A DNA stretch of 63,044 nucleotides, filler included, from Lenisia limosa (lineage: Eukaryota; Protista; Breviatea), in assembly GCA_001655205.1 (NCBI GenBank). It is 11 parts of 11 records of this genome, joined end to end, with 100 filler letters (N's around TTAATTAATTAA, not from the genome) between each part and the next. Parts side by side here need not be neighbours in the genome. Positions count along the whole stretch, not along the records: positions 1 to 6,141 come from LPNZ01005511.1; positions 6,242 to 8,185 come from LPNZ01007777.1; positions 8,286 to 10,863 come from LPNZ01003427.1; positions 10,964 to 18,880 come from LPNZ01004795.1; 7 more parts are not named here. One strand, written 5' to 3'. The translations under genes and the position numbers were made by a program. How positions within the stretch are numbered: the first letter of the stretch is position 1; each line of letters starts with the position of its first letter. The notes beneath the pieces are model-generated. The model made no database searches. It was not told the DNA's origin and saw only the letters and a program-made list of their open reading frames with translations. Shown one piece after another: positions 1 through 15,814 of this stretch.

Positions 1-1013
1 AGCACCACCCCAGCACTGCCAGCAAGACATTTCCCTCGACCACTTCCGACAGCGACCACGCACCGGCTTGATCTACGACCAACACGCGATACCTGCCACT
101 TCCGAATCTGTGCCGAAGGCTTTTAGGGGGTTGGTTGGGAGATAAATGAGAAATGAAAAATAAGGTTGTATCTGGCGGAAGCCGTCCGCACCATCATGCT
201 TATAAGAGAGATATTGGATTATAGTATTATGATTGGAAGATATTTAGGGCTTCACTGCGATCCAATGATTGAATTTCTCGATAAATCATTGATATTTTTT
301 TGATAATTAACCCATCTATTTCTTAGAGCCCTAAATGTATTCATAAATCCTGTTATATTCTCTGGGCGTTAAGTTTATGAAATACACTCATTTTTAAGCT
401 CGTTATATCAATATTAATCGAAAACTTTGATGTGGTAGGTTAGAATCCTTGCTCAAAACCCCTCCCCAAACCGTGTATGGGCTTTTTTGTTTCGTTGTTT
501 TAAACCTTCTGTGTTGCCCAAATATTTGCTTACAGAATTGATTCAGGGTACTGTGTTTCATGAATTCTCGTTTGTTCTCTCTTTTACCAGATTCACTTTC
601 AGTTCCAAAAAAGACTGGATATTTTTATCAGTCATTTAAAACCGAAAATTTAAGGTCGTAATCACGAACCGAATCATCTATATTTAGATCAATATCATAT
701 TAATAAAGGTCTAATCAAACTTAATAATCTGAATCTATAATTTGATTAATATCATATCAATAAAGCTCTATATTTACCCCGACGTAGGACCAAGCCTTTT
801 GGGTCGCAGCAGTCCGAGAGGGAGGTTAGACGAGCACAGCGGGCGGAACAGAAACGAAGCGCCGCCATGAGCTGTGGGGGGGGGGGAATATGAAGGGATA
901 TTTTATTTTGGTCTGTTTTTGTTGTAACCCNNNNNNNNNNNNNNNNNNNNNNNNNNNNNNNNNNNNNNNNNNNNNNNNNNNNNNNNNNNNNNNNNNNNNN
1001 NNNNNNNNNNNNN

Positions 1014-1290
1014 CTATGATCCTAGTTTCAATAGAGACTTTATCTTTTTGATCCTAGTTTCAATAGAAACTTTATCTCTATGATCCTAGTTTCAATAGAA
1101 ACTTTATCTCTATGATCCTAGTTTCAATAGAGACTTTTCTCTATGATCCTAGTTTCAATAGAGACTTTATGCTCCTAGTTTCAATAGAGACTTTATCCCT
1201 ATGATCCTAGTTTCAATAGAGACTATATCTTTATGATCCTAGTTTCAATAGAGACTTTATCTTTTTGACTTGTTTCAAAAGATACTTTAC
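1014..1290. repeat. 32-bp minisatellite (ctatgatcctagtttcaatagagactttatct), about 8.5 copies, starting at an N gap
   Basis: GATCC recurs at 1018, 1050, 1082, 1114, 1145, 1203 and 1235. One unit is shortened and the last is degenerate. Confidence 0.95.
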
Positions 1291-2989
1291 TCTCCTCAAA
1301 ATAATCTGCTATTTTTGTTTCAATTCTACACCCATATAATAACATAACCCCCCTCCAGTCCCCCCGGTCCGGGTTGGAGAGTCATCGCCAGACGTCACCC
1401 GCAGTCTGCACCTCCAGCAGGCCCGCCACCGCAGCATCACGGCCACCGACAAGGCCCTTGCCAAGAACCTGACGTCGGTGCGGGATAGCAGAGAGAACAC
1501 TACGGCGTGTTGACTTGGAATTCTTGTGAAAGTTGAGATTTTCATGATTTACACGGGGATCCCATCCCATTTAATTATATGCAAATTTGAAGAAATTTGT
1601 CGGATTTCCAAATGTTTCATGGGAATACAGAGTCGATGCGCTGTAGTGAACTAATATCGGAAGCAATATCGGAAGCAATAAAGGGGTTCTTCTTAAGCTC
1701 ATCTCTAAATAAAACAAAACTATAAATAATACTCTGGCTAAACGTTTTTGCTCTGTATTATTGTCATTTTTTTGACCTGCTAATACAGCTACTCTTCGCA
1801 ACAAAAGGGTCTCAAGAAGTTACAAGAACTCTCCCAGCAGCCGCGAATAGACTAGTTTGATGAAAACTGTTGAATGTGTTTTTTTGTACTAATGTTTCCT
1901 TTCTTTTTTGCTTTCTTGTTGATATATTTATGGATTGGCTAACGAGGAACTCTGCATATGTACTAGGGCTTCACTTCCGGTTCCAATAAAGATTGAATCC
2001 TCGATAAGTCCTCGATAAATATCGATATTTCCCTTGTCTTTGGGCCGAGTGAAGCTCAATGAAATGATTGAATTACACAACAAATATCATGTAATTCAAT
2101 CGAATTCAATATCTCTGGTGTTTCAGTAATCAGTTAACTTGGATAACAGCACGAGCACGAAACGTGAGTATTCATCTTTTTATGATATTCCCATATTATT
2201 GAAGGGTCACACAAGCGCCGCAAAACATAATTAGGGAATTCTCGCCGCAACGCTCGCTGAACTTACCCGGATGACAGTACCCGTCGGTAGGGACGGTCAA
2301 GATGCAGGGTAAAATAGGAAAATTTATGAAACAACAAAACAAAAAAAAGTCCAAAATCAGTAAAATTGTGAAAATTATGGAACAAAAAAGTCCAAATCAA
2401 CTCTGTTGGCTAACAACACAAGGGTTGGTAACAATAAAACAAACAAAGCCGGGGGATACTTGGGGCAGAGTTTGCGGCAAATTAACACTGTGACGCCTTG
2501 TCTAAGATCGAGTAAACTGTTATTCTGTTATTCTTCCCATAGCCAACACGAACCTTTCATTGCAGTTGTATATTATGTAGAAAGGAGAAATAACAAAGAA
2601 CACTTATATCTAATTTGTGGGCCTTCCTTCGGTCCCAAAAAAGACTGAATTTCTCGTGGTAGTGTCAACGCCAGCCTCCTTCTGTCAACGTGGCATTCAA
2701 AAATCCAAAAGTTATCAAAAAGTCAAGTTATTGTTATTGTAAATTTGTTTTTATAATTATAATATTATTATTAGTCAAACAGTCAAACAGTCAAACACTC
2801 AAGCCTAAAAACAACTTGAAAAGAGTAGTTAAGAGATGAACACCGATCTGGGCGAAGGCGGGCGCTGGCGCCAAACTTGTTGCGTAACAATGGCCGTTTA
2901 TTTTTTTTGGCCTTTTTGGCAGCAATCTTACAAGCCAAATACAATCATCCATCATCACAATGTAATAAACGCTTTTAAAAACTAGTTGT

Positions 2990-3990
2990 CATTTCATTTC
3001 CTCTTCCTCTCCTCTGAAATCGCTAACACTGAACAAGTTACATGCCCTCCAATCACAAGTGATCTGAAGTCTGTTATGTCGATTAACACTCCGTTGTTGG
3101 AGGCTGTGAAGGAAGAGCTTCACGACCATGATCACACCATCGGTAGAGGTTTGTCATTGGTTATTTGGGAGGTTTGAGAGGCTTTGGGTTGGCGTGTTGT
3201 TGGTTATGTTTTTGTTGGTATGTTTTTGTTGTTGGTTGTATTTTCGTTGTTGGTTGTATTTTTGTTGTTGGTTGTATTTTTGTTGTTGGTTGTGTTTTTA
3301 TTGTTGGTTGTATGGGGAATCTTAGGATCAGGATGAATAGTTTTTTTTTGTGGAAACGTTAATTTATTAAAGAAAAGAGGAAACGAACAAAACAAACAAA
3401 CAAAAAATCCATAGTTGAACATAAAACCGGGTGTTTCGCATGAATAGTTGAACATAAAACTGAATTTTTCTTAACAAACAGAAATAGTTGAGTTATCCCC
3501 GAATATTTCTTATTTGTGATAAAGGTTCAGATATCAGTGGCGCTCTTCTGCATTTACCAGCTGAGAGAACTCAGGTACTTGGGATTTTGTCTTGAGGGGT
3601 TTTTCTGGTATACTATGTTAACACATATCCACTAGTGATCTGCATATGACCGACTTTTGAGTCAAAATAATGAACGAAGATAGTACGAGGGTTCATTACG
3701 AGTGTATCAGAGTATCACAGGACTTATCGGTCAATTATCATTCGATTATTCATATTCAACCCCATTTTTAGACAAGCCATATTTAATCTCTCCCTCTCAG
3801 CCGCTTTTCGATGTGGTAACGGAGTATTTACGGTCTCGGACCCTTGCGATTCTCTTTTTTCTGATGCCTTTCGTCTTTGCTATTGCAGGTTTGTGATGGG
3901 GTGGCATTTTCGGGTGGGGGTAACTGATGTTGACTCTGCTATTTCAGGATTGTTTTTTTTTGTTTTTAGTAAAAGAACACCTGTCTGGGG
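2990..3990 (+). CDS. Uncharacterised multi-exon probable membrane protein (fragment)
   Basis: Exons with GT-AG borders join in frame, e.g. PLFDVVTEYLRSRTLAILFFLMPFVFAIA|GLFFFVFSKRTPVW (hydrophobic). No family recognised. Confidence 0.35.
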
Positions 3991-4826
3991 GTGAGTGGAT
4001 GGGTGATTTTTGTGTTTGTCTTGAAAATCTACAATTGCTGGTTGTNNNNNNNNNNNNNNNNNNNNNNNNNNNNNNNNNNNNNNNNNNNNNNNNNNNNNNN
4101 NNNNNNNNNNNNNNNNNNNNNNNNNNNNNNNNNNNNNNNNNNNNNNNNNNNNNNNNNNNNNNNNNNNNNNNNNNNNNNNNNNNNNNNNNNNNNNNNNNNN
4201 NNNNNNNNNNNAGGTCTTTTTCGGGCCGTAGGGAAGCCCTAGACATATTTGAATGAAAGCTCCATTTCATATTCTGAAATTTCAAATTTTGTCGAAAAAA
4301 ATTAAATAAATGCCTCCAAATAATTGCAAGAGTCATAGAATGCTGTGGTGGAATGGGGGTAATTTTAGAATGGCGGGTGGTTGTTGGGATTTCTTTGATT
4401 CAAACATATTCCTATAAGGCTTCACTTCTTCGGGAAAATATTGATAGATTTCGAGGATTCATCGAGAAATGCAGTCTTTTTTCGAACCGAAGTGAAGCAC
4501 AAAAGAAAACCCGTTTTTTTCTGGGAGTGGTTTTCTGATTTGTACAAGGAGTTTTCCTCAACAGAAAACTCCGAGTAACAAAAGGAAGACAACCATCAGC
4601 AAATAAACGAAGGGGAATTTGATTGGAAAACACTTGAGTCGGGATTTTCCCACTTTTCCTCCCCATCGTAATCCCCCAGTACTCCTTCCTGCTATGGTTG
4701 TCGACCCCAGGCGCTCAGATGGATCGAATTCTGNNNNNNNNNNNNNNNNNNNNNNNNNNNNNNNNNNNNNNNNNNNNNNNNNNNNNNNNNNNNNNNNNNN
4801 NNNNNNNNNGAAGAGGAAACACTTAC

Positions 4827-4947
4827 GGTCAACAAACTCAGTGCAGTTTTCCTTTACGTTTTCCGCGGATGAGAACCTTTCTTCATCAAGAACACGGATT
4901 CTGTTGTTGGAATCAAACACTATGTCCTTGGCCCTTTGCTGCTCCAT
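4827..4947 (-). CDS. IFT20: IFT20-like protein, first exon only
   Basis: MEQQRAKDIVFDSNNRIRVLDEERFSSAENVKENCTEFVD followed by a GTAAGT donor resembles the IFT20 N-terminus (LHFDELNKLRVLD...LKEECKDFVD). Downstream exons were not found and may lie in the N gap. Confidence 0.6.
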
Positions 4948-5013
4948 TCTTGAAGATGTTTCAGAAAAAAATTGCACTTTGTAATATTTTAACATTTGGA
5001 TACATATACTATA

Positions 5014-5091
5014 CAGTGACCAGTATAAGTCCTAACCGATTTGCTCTGTGATTTCCCAAGGAAAATAGGTCAAGACTTATCCCGGTCACTG
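5014..5091. mobile_element. Tc1/mariner(pogo)-type MITE, 78 bp, TA-flanked
   Basis: TA|CAGTGACC..ATAAGTC...GACTTATCCCGGTCACTG|TA. Other copies at 11570-11631, ~17938-18016, ~22833-22890 (partial), 29216-29293 and 62337-62414. Confidence 0.85.
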
Positions 5092-6141
5092 TATATTTAG
5101 TGATAATACTTTGATTAGGTGTTTCCTACGGTCCCAAAAAAGACTGAATTTCTCGATAAGTCCTCGATAAATATCGATATTTGACAGGTCTTTTTCGGAC
5201 CGTAGGGAAGCTCTAATCATAGGTAAGGGAAGCTAAATGTATATTTGAAGATCACCCAGTATTATACACTATTCTTAAAAGTGATGGTGTAGACGGCTTC
5301 GTCCAGGTACAACCTTATTTTATTTCTCAGACATATTGGATGACCGCGTGTAGATTGAGTTTTTGCATGCAATGCCTTCCTTCTCCGTCACGGGCAAAAT
5401 TATTAACTCCGAATCGCAAGTGCCTATTAGGGTGGGTATAGAGGGTGGGGGGGGGGTAGCGACTATATGATGATTTGGAAGGATGATTTAGTTTGAGGAT
5501 TAAGATGTATGGCTAGTGCTTCACTTCGATTCAAAATGGACCGGTTAAATATCATTAATTTACGAAAATTAATCGAGAAATTCAGTCTTTTTTTGAACCG
5601 AAGTGAAACCCTTGGTATGGCTTCAGTTTGGTTCGAAAAAAGACGGCATTTCTCGATTAATCCTCGAAAATTATCGATAAGAGCAGATAAGAACGGATAG
5701 CAGGTGGTATGTCTGACCATTCTTTTTTTTGACCCTTCCAATAATAATGTCGAGTCTCAGATCCCGCCATTTTTTTTGAGATCCAAATGAATCCCTAAGG
5801 TTTCTTTCTCAGTTCTCTGTTTATTTCTTCTAGCTTTTTTAATTCCTCTTCATTTTCATACTTATTTCCCCTAGCTTTTGGTTCGAAATGCGAAAGGCCA
5901 TGCAGTTGCAAACGCCAACGTCACAGCCTCACTAGTAATGCTATCGCTCTTCAATTCCGACTCTTTTGCTCGGTGTAACTACTTCCTTCCCGATCGCCTG
6001 AATGTTTATGGTACGAAAAAGACCAGTAAAATACCCGAGAAATATCGATATCATTTCTTCCGTGTTTAAATTTTCAATCACAAATTGTTTTCAACCCTTG
6101 TGTTTTGCGAACTAACAGAGTTAATTTTGGGCCTTTTTTAA

Positions 6142-6241
6142 NNNNNNNNNNNNNNNNNNNNNNNNNNNNNNNNNNNNNNNNNNNNTTAATTAATTAANNN
6201 NNNNNNNNNNNNNNNNNNNNNNNNNNNNNNNNNNNNNNNNN
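6142..6241. other. Assembly spacer (100 bp, N-TTAATTAATTAA-N)
   Basis: Identical 100-bp spacers at 6142, 8186, 10864, 18881, 32900, 42508, 45110, 48029, 54429 and 61024; the core gives stops in all six frames. Confidence 0.97.
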
Positions 6242-6292
6242 TGATATAGTATTATATTAACAAGAAATAATGACCAGATCCACGGTCCCAAC

Positions 6293-8089
<1,797 letters not shown>

Positions 8090-8285
8090 TTATCTTTTTC
8101 TGGTTTTATGCAGAACATGAAATTATTCCCTCCCCACCTTAGCAAGAAGAGTTTTCCCTCCCCACCTTAGCAAGAAGAGTTTTCCNNNNNNNNNNNNNNN
8201 NNNNNNNNNNNNNNNNNNNNNNNNNNNNNTTAATTAATTAANNNNNNNNNNNNNNNNNNNNNNNNNNNNNNNNNNNNNNNNNNNN

Positions 8286-10787
8286 GTAGCCTTTGCGAGG
8301 ACCTGAAGTTCAGCAATCTTGGTTTCAGCAGAGAGTAGATCCTGGATTGTGAGAGGCTTATAGCAAACCAAAACCATAAACAGTGAACAGAATAACAATT
8401 TGCTCAATGGCATCAGAATGAAGACCAACTCTTAAGTGTTCTACGCCCCACCTTAAACGCTTGGTCAGCCTCCTTCGACTCCACCGCTGTTTCCATTCGT
8501 GTGGATGACAACTAAAGGGTTATGGCAACGACTTCACTTCGGTTCAAAAAAACACTGAATTTCTCGATATATCCTCGAAAAACTATCCATAATTTACCGG
8601 TCTTTTTCGAACCGAAGTGAAGCCCCAATCATGGCATTGTGTCAACGTTACTTATTAGTATTGAGTCCAAAATGCCCTCCCCACTTCATCAATAGCACTC
8701 TGCTGTGCCTCTCTCGCGAAGTAAACCTCATCCGTCATGCGTTCCACCTCAGCATTGGCTCTATCCAGTTTGGCTTGTAAACTCGATATCGTGGCGTTTA
8801 GGCTTGCCATCTGGAGGGGAGGGGGTAACGTGGTGTTAATATGTCATGTGTAGATGATGTATCTTCTTGAACCCCAACTGACACAAAGGACTGAACCCTT
8901 AACATAAAGAAAGAGCAATGATAAACACAATTATTGTAAATATTACTCAACATACGCCACATAAAGTCCCTCATCCCACCACTTGCGCTGTTGACAACTG
9001 AAGATCGTCAAGCTCCTTCTGAAGCTCTTGTTTCGACTAAAGAGTGAACACTCCCAAGATTCGTGTTCTTTTTCAATGTTATTGAACCATGTTCGTATAC
9101 AATGGAGAGAAACACGGCGCTAAGGTGCAAGTGTGTAGCGATTTAAGCTAGAAAGAAGGAGAAAACGAAGAAGAAGAGAGGAGCAAGCTTCAAACCCCCC
9201 ACATTTACAGCAAGAACGGAGCGTTTTTCAAGGGACATTATTTCAGACTTCGCCGCCAAGGACTGTGAAGAGTTAGTGCAATTGACAAGGCAGTAAAATA
9301 GAAGTAATATAAAAAATATAACAAAACACTTCTGAAAAGTTGTCCTAAAAGGCATATTTTAGCTCTATTTGAATCATCTGTGCGCAAATTACCATAAAAC
9401 AGTCCCCACCTGGTCAGTGAGTCGTGCCACTTGACCTTCATTGAGAGCAATCTTCTTTTCAGCCTCGGTCAGGGCTCTGCGGAGGGTCGAAACTTCACTG
9501 TTGTGGCTAGGAAAATCAGATTTGAAAAACAATCAACAAATAACTTGAGACTGCGGATCTGGGAATGGAATATAGTATTCTATAAAAGGCATAATCGGTC
9601 CTAAGTAACCATTGATTCCTCCATGTACCCCTCCCTACGCTGTGTCAGACTGGGACACTTGACTCGAAAGTTCGTCAATTTCACTGGCAAGCTGTTCCGC
9701 ATACTCCTCCGCTGTCTGTTGGGGGGTAAGTTCTGTCAGTTTCCATTAAAACAAAATCAGTACCAAAAATACACACAAGTTCTCTTTGCATGGATATAGT
9801 ATGTAGCTAAGCTCAGCCCAAAAATAAAATCTAAAGACATAATGAGTTAATAAACTGAACCCCCCACTCACGAAAAGAGCAGTTTGAGCAGTGTCCATTT
9901 TTTTAATTGCCTGGGAAGTAAGTGCTTTGGATACACAATATATGAAATGATATAGAAGGCACTCAAATTACAGAAGAACGAGCGATCTGCAACAATATTA
10001 TAAAGTGTCTCCTTCACACCCCCCACTCTATCACGCTCCTCTAGAGCCTCGGCAACAGTTTCCTTATTCTCTTGTACTGTTGACAGGTGGCGCTGTATAG
10101 GTTAATCCAGCAAGCTGATTATAACAATACCATATAATGCACTGGATTAACACAATGACGTAAAATACTGCTCTCACATAATGAAATAAACACTGTCCAT
10201 GTAAAATGCTACGAATTATTATCCCATCTCTGTATATTACTATATAACGTTAAACGAAATTCAAGACCAAAAAAGAAAAGCAATCGGAAATGAGCATTAT
10301 TTGCTCAAACCATCTTACACCAGACCCCTCACTTGAATCTCCTGAGAAGCAAGGTCCTGGATCCGTGCAGTCTCATTGGAAAAGTCCAGCCGCGCTTGCT
10401 GGAAAGTGACTTGGTATGGTAGCAAAGTATGAATTTAGATTATGGTGAGAATAACAATATTCGTGATACGGCTAAACAGTATATATGCTCACATCGATTT
10501 CGGCCTTATGTGAGTCATGTTCGGCTTTCACTGCGTCCTTGAGCACCTTGTTCGTGAGAATAAAATCAAAAGGAACAAGAAATGCATATAATCTGAAACG
10601 TTGCACAATAAATTTCTGCTGAAACCCCCTCCCAACACCTTCACCCACTTGAATTTCATTTCTCAGGCTCTCATTGGTGTTGTTGGAAGAAGCCAAGTCA
10701 GATTGAAGGGCAGCAAGAGCCTTTTCTGTCTCAATACACGATGCACTTGCTTCTTGCAGTTCAGCCTCTGTGGATTGGAGCTTTTCA
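8286..10787 (-). CDS. Long coiled-coil protein, about 12 short exons (fragment between two spacers)
   Basis: GT-AG bounded heptad-rich exons, e.g. EKLQSTEAELQEASASCIETEKALAALQSDL, HNSEVSTLRRALTEAEKKIALNEGQVARLTDQ and MASLNATISSLQAKLDRANAEVERM. Confidence 0.7.
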
Positions 10788-11569
10788 CTGTGGGGGGAGG
10801 GGGGAGGTCAAAGTGAAGAGGAGGGGTGAGGTCAAAGTGAAGAGGAGGGGTGAGGTCAAAGTGNNNNNNNNNNNNNNNNNNNNNNNNNNNNNNNNNNNNN
10901 NNNNNNNTTAATTAATTAANNNNNNNNNNNNNNNNNNNNNNNNNNNNNNNNNNNNNNNNNNNNTAAAATTGGAAAATTTGGGGGGGGGGGGCTAAATCAA
11001 TACCTAGGGCTTCCTACTTTCCCCATAAATCCTCGATAATTATCGATATTTGACCGTTCTTTTTCGGATCAAAGTGAAAACCCTACCAATTCTCATAGCA
11101 ATAAAACACTCATCAAGACACCTCCACCAATAACAAACATAACACACTACATGTATATCAACAATACCCATACCAAACATAAAACAATCCCAATTACGTA
11201 AAAATGATTCTCATCCCAATAAATCACTAATAATCCAATCCCCATACCTATGCTGCTGCTGCTTCTCATTTCGCGCCGTCTGCGTGGAGGTTTCCTTCCT
11301 ACACCGTTAACTGTGTATTGAGAGTTTGAACAAATGTATATGATCTGTTCTAAAAGATTGAAAATGGAAAAGGACCACCCATATCTGTAATAGCATCACA
11401 TTATCATGTACACCCTGAAGACTGCATGCATATTATCCCAAAGAATTGTCTTGTGCTCCCCCGGATTTATGATTTGATACACACCAGCCTCGATAAGTTC
11501 TGGTATCGATTTTGAGTTTTATCTTTGGTCAATCGTTAAACTCTTCATCCCCTCTCTAACTTTCCAATA

Positions 11570-11631
11570 CAGTGACCGGGATAAGTCTTGACCAATTTGC
11601 CGAAAACGGTCAATACTTATCCCGGTTACTG
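11570..11631. mobile_element. Tc1/pogo-type MITE, shorter internal variant
   Basis: TA|CAGTGACCGGGATAAGTCTTGACC...GGTCAATACTTATCCCGGTTACTG|TA. Confidence 0.85.
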
Positions 11632-13645
11632 TACTATATTTTATAGTTCAAAAGCAAAACGCGGTCACTGTACATATATTCTTTCTTGAAGCATGTTATA
11701 GTTCCAAAACCTGGTTCAGTCGAAGGACAAAAAGAACCATAACCGACAGAGCGCACCTTGCATGATTTGATTTAGTTTTAAAAAGGAAATTAACATTTAA
11801 GAGGCCCACCTCTTGAGATTTCATCTAGTTCACGGTCCGGGCTGGCACCTGGGGATGCAACCGTTGGTACTGCAAACGTCGATAAACTACACAAGTGAGG
11901 GAGGATTGTGACTATGGCTTCACTTAGGTTCAAAAAAGACCGAATTTTCCGATAAATCCTCGATAGATATCGATACTTTATCGGTCTTTCTTGGACCGAA
12001 ATGAAGCTCTACTGGTGCCACAATATGTATCAAAGTGTTAATGATTGCTACGTTGTTGCTGACAAAGGACAAGCCCGCTCGCAGGTTGAAACAGGTAAAT
12101 GGTAATTTTTGCTTTATGTTATCGCAATATGTTATTGTGTATACCTAGAATTGTTTTTTAAAAAGTGAGTTATAAACAGGACTGATGCCATATGCAAAAC
12201 AAGGCCGGATTGTGAGATGCGAAATCGCAGATGGTGCCTTGGAGTAATCATATGACTTGGGCTTAAAAAAGACAGCTCAAAAACTAGATTGACTTAACAT
12301 ACGCATTGATTCAGTAAATAAAAAGTAGTATTTGTCCGACCCAGAGGGAGTGACATTGGAGCAAGTGGCAGAATCGCCGTGAGTTGGTGACAAGACCTCT
12401 GTCACAACACAACGACTGACAAAGTCCACCAACACAAGGTAATAACTGATAACAAAAATCCGTTTCGCAGATTTGTTGCAAAGTTGTGTTCCTTTCAAAA
12501 ATCACCCCTCAACACAACGTCCATCTATCGGTACAATGTTTCAGGAGTGAAATGTTACGTGAGCTCTTACAGCACAATAAAGCTCAAACTTGTCACTTCA
12601 ACTCAGCAAACAAAGCCCTCAGATGACGTTTATTACAAAACAGCTCCTCGGAAATCCCACCTGTTTTCTGGGTCAGCGCTCATAATGAGAGGGTTGTGCA
12701 CTTGTCAAATCTGAATAGTGTCAACATGACTAAGAGTACGCTTTACGAATCACGGCTTTTGGCATCTTAAATTAAGATTAATAGAGACTGTTAAGGGTTA
12801 AGGACAGGGAGCAAAGGTCAAAGGTGGATTACAAAGCGACTTAGCTTCACCAAAAGAGGGGGGAGAGATTGTGGCTCCCATAAAACGCCGTTTAGACAAG
12901 TCAAAAAGGCATATCTTCTATCACTCTCGTAGAGAAATCATGTAAACCAGGAAAAGGAAGCTTCTCCACCCCACCTACACAGGTAGGCCGATTAGAGGTC
13001 ACTCAGCATTGTTTCTCTCTATCTCTGTCTTAATATTTAAACAACTAAACACCAACTATCCAAAAAACTGAAGCCTTCTTTCCAAAAACACTTGGATTTC
13101 AAAAAAATGAAAAACCCTGATCGGTGAACCGATCATCCGAGTCATGGGTTCAACACTGGGGAAGCCTCGGAAAATTGTAGGATTATTGTAGGATTATAGG
13201 AGGAGGAACATTGGAACATTGTCTGACTTTCGGTCTCAGACGCTTTCAGTGTTGGCCAGATGGCCATAGAGCAATTGTGCAATTACCACTTTGCTTGGTG
13301 ATATACCATCACCGCCTTGACTCATCATGTATTACCGTGATTTTCCAACTAGTATGATTCTGATCAGGATGATTTCGGTTTGTCTTCGTCATATAACTAA
13401 ATCACGTGGACATGCCAACATATATTTGAACCTGGTACTTGCATGCTTGCATGCCCTTGCTTACCCTCAGATAAAGCAACCTTACATCTGATATGGTGGA
13501 CAAAGAAGATCTACGATATTACTTCAACCCCATGCCTTCCACAATTGGTAGGATAATACAACAATTACATCTCAAATAACAACTAGAAACACAAACCGGG
13601 TACCATGGACTAAGAAACAAAGAAAACATCACACAGCGGCAGCGG

Positions 13646-15767
13646 CTAGAGGAAGTGACTCATTTTGAGGCGCCGCCGAACCGCATTTGTCAGCCCCTCG
13701 TTGAACTTAAAGTAAACCTGGGGTGGGGGTAAAATTGGAAAATTTATGTAACAAAAAAAAGCCCAAATCAACTCTNNNNNNNNNNNNNNNNNNNNNNNNN
13801 NNNNNNNNNNNNNNNNNNNNNNNNNNNNNNNNNNNNNNNNNNNNNNNNNNNNNNGGCGAAAAGGAAATAATCACGAACCGAATAACAAAAAAAAAACAAA
13901 ATAAAAAAATCCAGTAACTATGGAAAACTTAAGAAAATAAAGGACAACATACCCCTCTCCCGTCATAACAAAGCTCTGATTTCTCTTATCATATTTAAAG
14001 ACAATAATACTTTGATTTCTCTTACCTGGGCGCCCGTACGGGTTCCGTCTTTTCGTTCCTCGTTTGCTTCTAAAAGATCAGATGGTTAAATGGTAAAACG
14101 GTAAAATGATCAAATGGTCGAACGGTCAAATGGGCAAAGCACAAGGGTATTCATTGGTATCGTCCTGCGGTATCGAAATGATGACAATAGCGGATATGGG
14201 AATTAATGTAGAGGTGAAAAAAAAATAGTTAGGATCTGGCTAAAGCCGTCCACATCATCACGCTTATACACGGGAACTCCGAAGTGAAGCCCCAGGGATA
14301 GTAATTGACTCATAACTATACACCATAAGGCAAATAATTGGGTAATTTAATCCTATACTATATTTCAATGTCTCTAATAAGCATGATGGTGTGGCGGCTT
14401 CGGCCAGATACACCCCTGTTTTATCATTTCTATATATCATGTACCCCCTCCAACCCTGTGTCGAAACAGGAATGATTTGGCCAAAGAAGTCTCTTTTGAC
14501 TTTGGTTGTTTGAGGAGGGAGTCGGATCTTTAAGGGTCACAAAACGGTACAGCGATTGAATGGTCACAAATAAAGCTTCACTTCAGGTACTGATAAGGGT
14601 GGCATGCCCCCCCCCCCCCCNNNNNNNNNNNNNNNNNNNNNNNNNNNNNNNNNNNNNNNNNNNNNNNNNNNNNNNNNNNNNNNNNNNNNNNNNNNNNNTT
14701 ATTATACTTGTTTTTTTTGTTTGGTGTTTCAGATTACACGATTCGTGATAAGTATCGAAATTTCCTTCGCTTTACACTCAACCCCCCAACCTGGTTTTTC
14801 GCGCCGCCAGTAGAGGCGCCACCGCCAAGGGTAGTAGCCTGGGGGAAGAGCTTTCTTTTCGCTGGAGAGGGCGTGGCAAGTTCGGTAGCTGGTCTTTTGC
14901 CTATCTGGTCAAAGGAAGACAGAAAGTATGTTAAGCAAATGGGTGTGGAGGTAATTTGTTTATGGTATCCCTATTAATTTATTTATTTGTTTGCCAAGAT
15001 TAGTAATGTATAGTATATTATTACTCTTTTTTTTTTGGAAAATATTTGAATAAAAATAAAAAAAGGCCCAAATCAACCCAGATAGCGAAACACACAAGGG
15101 TTGAAACCAACAAAAAAGACAGGGATAACAAGGATTATGTGNNNNNNNNNNNNNNNNNNNNNNNNNNNNNNNNNNNNNNNNNNNNNNNNNNNNNNNNNNN
15201 NNNNNNNNNNNNNNNNNNNNNNNNNNNNNNNNNNNNNNNNNNNTCACGAACCGAATTATCTGAAACTCCAAAAAAACAAAAAAAAACAAGCAAAAGCAAA
15301 CGCTAGCATGGGGAGGGGGATAATAAAGGTTTCATGGGGGCCCACCCTTGAAAGGGGATGCAAGGATGTTGCTTTGTCGCGGCGATAAGGGGGTCAATCG
15401 CTGCTCTGGAGCTGGGAGGGTCAGGGCTACTGCGAATTAGGGTTACACTCGGAAAAGAAAATGATCAGTAAACTATCAAAATATATCGAGGATTTATCGA
15501 GGATATGTCGGTTCGAAAAAGAGTGGCAAAATATCGATAGTTTTCGATGATTTATTGATGAATTCAGTAATTTTTCGAACCGAAGTGAAGCCCTAGTGCC
15601 CCCTCATCCCCCACCGTTGCCTTCGTTGGGGTTGGCCCCGAAGAGGTTGGTTGCCTTTGGGAGGGACTTTTTGACGAACGTCTCATGTTGGCGCATCGCA
15701 AGGGACTCCACCTGGAACATCATTTTTTGTGTAGTACACCACATCCCATCGCTTCAGTGTACGAGGA

Positions 15768-15814
<47 letters not shown>

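Noticed and set aside
1014-1290. CRISPR-like array (repeat contains GTTTCAAT)
   Set aside because: Units are head-to-tail at 32 bp with no unique spacers, there are no cas genes, and the context is eukaryotic. It is a minisatellite.
14015-14060. U1 snRNA-like start (CTTACCTGG)
   Set aside because: It is the reverse complement of a CTF18 exon/donor junction (CCAG|GTAAGA); no U1 stem-loops or Sm site follow.
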